Origin: Planctomycetota bacterium | Lineage (GTDB): Bacteria; Planctomycetota; UBA8108; UBA1146 | Length of the DNA stretch: 38,261 bases | NCBI GenBank assembly: GCA_036338595.1 | Contig: JAYZBV010000041.1 | Span: forward strand, 1-38,261 | Reading direction: 5' to 3' | Part shown: positions 35,181 to 38,261 of the stretch, piece by piece | Layout: each line of letters begins with the position of its first letter | Position numbering within the stretch: position 1 is the stretch's first letter | Made by a program: the position numbers and the translations under genes | The notes under the pieces: generated by a model | Seen by the model: the letters and a program-made list of their open reading frames with translations, nothing else | Databases searched by the model: none | Told to the model about the DNA's origin: nothing

Positions 35181-36338
35181 ATGACGCCCTCGACGCAGAT
35201 TTCGAACCGATTCCGGCTGCTCTACTTGCTTGTGCTACTGATCTGTGGCTGCACTGCCTCGCGAGATGTACCGATTCAAAACTCCATCTGGATCACTCGC
35301 TGGGACTACCTGAGCGAGGTCGATGTCGTGAGGTGTATCGAAAATGTCGCGGATGCGGGCTTCGATACCGTGTTGTTTCAGGTGCGAGGAAACGGCACCG
35401 TCTTTTACCGCTCCGAGATAGAACCGTGGGCTGAGGAGTTTCAACACGCCGACCCGGGCTTCGATCCGCTCGAGGTCGCGTGTCGAGTAGCAGCCCGCAG
35501 AGGCCTGGCACTGCATGCATGGATCAATGCGGTTCCAGGCTGGCGTGGCGACACCGCTCCGCCCGAGACCGTTCCTCCTCAGCACTGGAACGCTCGCCCC
35601 GGCTGGTTCCTCCACGATGCACAGTTGAAGAGGCAGCCGCTCCAGCCGAATTATTACGTCGCATTGAATCCCTGCTTGCCCCAGGTCCGAAAGCACATCG
35701 CTGCGATCTGTGCCGAGATTGTCGAGAAGTATCCCGTTGCTGGAATTCACCTCGATTACATCCGATTTCTCGAATCTGGAATCGAGACGGACTACCCCAG
35801 AGATCCTGAGAGCCTGAAACTATTCAGCGAGCAAACCCATCAATCCGATCCGGACGCAGCCCCCGAAGCCTGGGAACGCTGGAGGCGCGATCAGGTCACG
35901 GCACTGGTGCGGGAGATTCGTCAGGAGGTACGACGATCCGACAGGGATGCGCTCCTCACGGCTGCCGTATACCGCACACCGCTCATCGCTTACGACCGGG
36001 TCCGGCAAGACTGGCCACGCTGGTTACGCCTGGGTCTGATCGATGCGGTGTTTCCGATGCAATACGACCGAGAGATCCATCGCTTCGAGCAGCGTGTCCG
36101 AGAATGCCTGCGTGAAGCTCGTGGTTATCCGGTGCTGATGGGAATCGGCACCTACCTGCACGACGATCCAGCAGTGACCATCCGGCAACGGCAACTGGCA
36201 TTGCGACTCGGCTGTCAGGGAGTCAGTCATTTCGCCTACTCGTCCTTCTGGCAGGCGGGGCAGGCTGGAGCATCGGGGGAAGACCTCAGGCTGCTTCGCA
36301 GGCAGCAAATTCTGCCCGTGAATCGACCTCACCGCTGA
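35181..36338 (+). CDS. GHL10 (YddW/DigH-like) glycoside hydrolase lipoprotein
   Basis: Lipobox ICGC; FQVR, FDPL, LHAW, LNP..P.V, GIHLDYIR, WRR, QDW..W, PMQY. Confidence 0.88.
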   Translation: MTPSTQISNRFRLLYLLVLLICGCTASRDVPIQNSIWITRWDYLSEVDVVRCIENVADAGFDTVLFQVRGNGTVFYRSEIEPWAEEFQHADPGFDPLEVACRVAARRGLALHAWINAVPGWRGDTAPPETVPPQHWNARPGWFLHDAQLKRQPLQPNYYVALNPCLPQVRKHIAAICAEIVEKYPVAGIHLDYIRFLESGIETDYPRDPESLKLFSEQTHQSDPDAAPEAWERWRRDQVTALVREIRQEVRRSDRDALLTAAVYRTPLIAYDRVRQDWPRWLRLGLIDAVFPMQYDREIHRFEQRVRECLREARGYPVLMGIGTYLHDDPAVTIRQRQLALRLGCQGVSHFAYSSFWQAGQAGASGEDLRLLRRQQILPVNRPHR

Positions 36339-36543
36339 GGCGTAAGGCGCTATAGACACGGATGTTAGAAAATTGTCAGAAAAATATCCGAATTCCTGCT
36401 GCAGATGGGAACTGTTGTGCGGAACTTCTCGTCTCGAGGGAGTACAATCAATCGCTACTTCGAGGTCCTACTCAGGATGGTTTACCTGAGGGGGGGTCGC
36501 TCGAGAGAACCGTCAATCGTGGTCACTCTGAAAGGACCTCAAC

Positions 36544-36759
36544 ATGCGTAAGTTCGCCCTCGTCTTGGTCGTATTCGGAAGCCTGGCTCTCGCCGGCTGT
36601 AGTAACTTTGCTCCCCTCAAATCCAATGACAGCGCAGCCTGCAGTGCTGCCGCTGCCTGCAGTGCTGCTGCCGATTGTGGCGGCTGCCCAGCTGCTGCTG
36701 CCGCTGCCAAGAAGGCCTGTGGAGACGACTGCTCCAAGCCGTGCTGCGCCGACAAGTAG
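36544..36759 (+). CDS. Small Cys/Ala-rich lipoprotein (metallothionein-like)
   Basis: AAGGA SD, MRK + hydrophobic + LAGC lipobox, 8 further Cys, immediately followed by a strong terminator. Confidence 0.82.
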   Translation: MRKFALVLVVFGSLALAGCSNFAPLKSNDSAACSAAAACSAAADCGGCPAAAAAAKKACGDDCSKPCCADK

Positions 36760-36787
36760 TCGCTGCACTGCTCTGATCGACAATTTC

Positions 36788-36829
36788 AAACTGGGTGTCG
36801 GGTCCTCGACCCGACACCCAGTTTTTTTT
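36788..36829 (+). terminator. Intrinsic terminator
   Basis: Perfect 17-bp inverted repeat AAACTGGGTGTCGGGTC-CTC-GACCCGACACCCAGTTT running into T8, between convergent genes. Confidence 0.9.
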
Positions 36830-36889
36830 CATCCAGTTTTTTCATCGTAGAGCACCTTCAAGAGTGATCCGTGGAACAGTGCCAGCGGC

Positions 36890-38128
36890 CTACTTCACTC
36901 GCTCTGGAATCCTCTCGTCCTTCCTGGGCGAAGGCTGCGGCGGCTGTTTCAGCGGCTTCTCTCGCAATGCCTTGGCCAGCACGGAAGCACTCCAGGCGGT
37001 GCCATAGATGCGGTGGTAGGAGAAGAAGGAGTAGTCCCACATCGATCCATCGGATTCCTGGGTCTCGAGGATCTTCTCGATCAGTTGTGGCCACCACTCC
37101 AAACGCAGTTCGTGCGGTAACAGCGCGATCAGATCTGCAGCGTAGTAATGACCGTAGTAGAAGAAGTAGCCGCTGTTGGCATAGAAAGCTTCATGTGGAT
37201 GGGGCCGACCGCGTGCCAGCGAGATGAACTTGTGGTGGCGCATCATCTGGTCGAGCCCGGTCACGATCTGCGGATCGCTGACCTCGCCCTCGTCACCACA
37301 AACCCTCAATCCCAGGTTGCCGACCTGGATGCGGCACAGCGATCCCTTGATCTGGTTGATTCCGGTGAGCCGTCCCGAACTGGGAATTACCGAGACATTG
37401 TAATCGTACGCCCCGTTGGGGAGTCGGCACCGGCGCAACGCGCGCAGACCTCGCTGCTGCATCTTGTCGGGCACCTCCATACCGACCGCCTCGCACTGTT
37501 CGAAGATCAGTAACAAGGATGCGGTGACGAAGGAGGTCCCCCAGGTCGGGCGACGGGTGTAGGGCGGATCATCGTAGTATGCCCAGCCTCCATCGGGACT
37601 CTGATACAGTCCCAGCGTCACGATCAGATCCACACCCAGTTTCCTGAGGCGCTCTCTTCGTTGTGTCCCGATCTTCTCGGGATCCTCTGCGAGTGCCCGG
37701 GCAACCGCCTCGAGTGCGTAAACATATGCCCAGACATTGTCGGTGTCCCAGTTCTCGATGCGTTTGCGGCGGCCATTTTCGCACACATGATCGAGTCCGC
37801 GCAGCAGCGCCTCCTGTGCACGCTCGGGTGCTTGATCTCCCAGGTCCATCAGGGTCACGCAGGTGATGGCGGTGGTCGCGACTTGCCAGGCATAGTGCTG
37901 CCCAGGGATGGGCCAGCCCCAGTCATCGGATCCGATCGGGCCACGCCAGTGGCCGAAAGCACCGTCAGGTTCCTGATTCTCGAGGAGGTAATTGACGGCC
38001 CTCTGCATCCCCTCGGTCGCTCGCTGACGCCACTCCAGTTCCCCGGGCACAGCAGCAGCCAGTCGAGAATCGGCAACACCGGCCACAACAGACCAGCTCA
38101 GAATCGTCGCCATGACGATCGTGCGCAT
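36890..38128 (-). CDS. Secreted prenyltransferase/squalene-cyclase-repeat (alpha/alpha-barrel) protein
   Basis: Signal peptide; QW-like repeats QEPDGAF, QSPDGGWAY, LPNGAY.Y, QESDGS; YFFYYGHYY; no DxDD motif. Confidence 0.8.
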   Translation of the reverse strand: MRTIVMATILSWSVVAGVADSRLAAAVPGELEWRQRATEGMQRAVNYLLENQEPDGAFGHWRGPIGSDDWGWPIPGQHYAWQVATTAITCVTLMDLGDQAPERAQEALLRGLDHVCENGRRKRIENWDTDNVWAYVYALEAVARALAEDPEKIGTQRRERLRKLGVDLIVTLGLYQSPDGGWAYYDDPPYTRRPTWGTSFVTASLLLIFEQCEAVGMEVPDKMQQRGLRALRRCRLPNGAYDYNVSVIPSSGRLTGINQIKGSLCRIQVGNLGLRVCGDEGEVSDPQIVTGLDQMMRHHKFISLARGRPHPHEAFYANSGYFFYYGHYYAADLIALLPHELRLEWWPQLIEKILETQESDGSMWDYSFFSYHRIYGTAWSASVLAKALREKPLKQPPQPSPRKDERIPERVK

Positions 38129-38261
38129 CAGAACAATCTCCAGACGAGGGACCTGGGTTCGACGACTTCTCCCGTCATGTTTCGAAGGTCATGGCGAGCT
38201 TTCTCCAGTTTCTCCCGTAGCTTCTCCAGTTCACGGCGCTGCTCTTGCGACCCCAGCTCAT
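38128..38261 (-). CDS. C-terminal fragment of a hypothetical protein (5' end outside the window)
   Basis: Open frame ELGSQEQRRELEKLREKLEKARHDLRNMTGEVVEPRSLVWRLF ending in TGA that overlaps the next ATG (TGATG). Confidence 0.65.
   Translation of the reverse strand, partial: ELGSQEQRRELEKLREKLEKARHDLRNMTGEVVEPRSLVWRLF

Noticed and set aside
36436..36541. yybP-ykoY (Mn2+) riboswitch resemblance (GGGAGTA...CGTCAA...GACC)
   Set aside because: I could not form the P1.2 helix or the four-way junction by eye; only a cmscan hit would rescue it
36544..36759. RiPP (ranthi/sactipeptide) precursor interpretation
   Set aside because: Clear lipoprotein signal, and no radical SAM, YcaO, LanM or peptidase-transporter gene nearby

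Overview
GC-rich, densely coded bacterial chromosome segment. The gene repertoire (TPR-HEAT-vWA protein, secreted prenyltransferase/squalene-cyclase-repeat protein, long-form ThiE, stand-alone lpxA, GHL10 lipoprotein) suggests Planctomycetota/PVC; this is inference, not a database result. There are about 36 CDS, mostly housekeeping or envelope genes (dapF, purM, thiE, gmhA/gmhB, aminotransferase, pgi, pcnB, lexA, eda, MATE, M14 peptidase). I saw no rRNA, tRNA, CRISPR or mobile element. Main points of interest: (1) a SenB-family selenosugar synthase abutting an lpxA paralogue, with no senA/selD in the window; (2) an orphan structured RNA candidate at about 12245-12430 with a minus-strand terminator and a C-rich segment complementary to three sites upstream of two genes in this window; (3) overlapping GAAC-N4-GTTC and GTTC-N7-GTTC boxes upstream of an ORF-lexA unit; (4) a small Cys-rich lipoprotein with its own terminator; (5) a trypanosomatid-like SCP2-thiolase; (6) a second, 6S-like element between lexA and pcnB. 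All calls come from visual motif recognition; no searches or folding programs were run.
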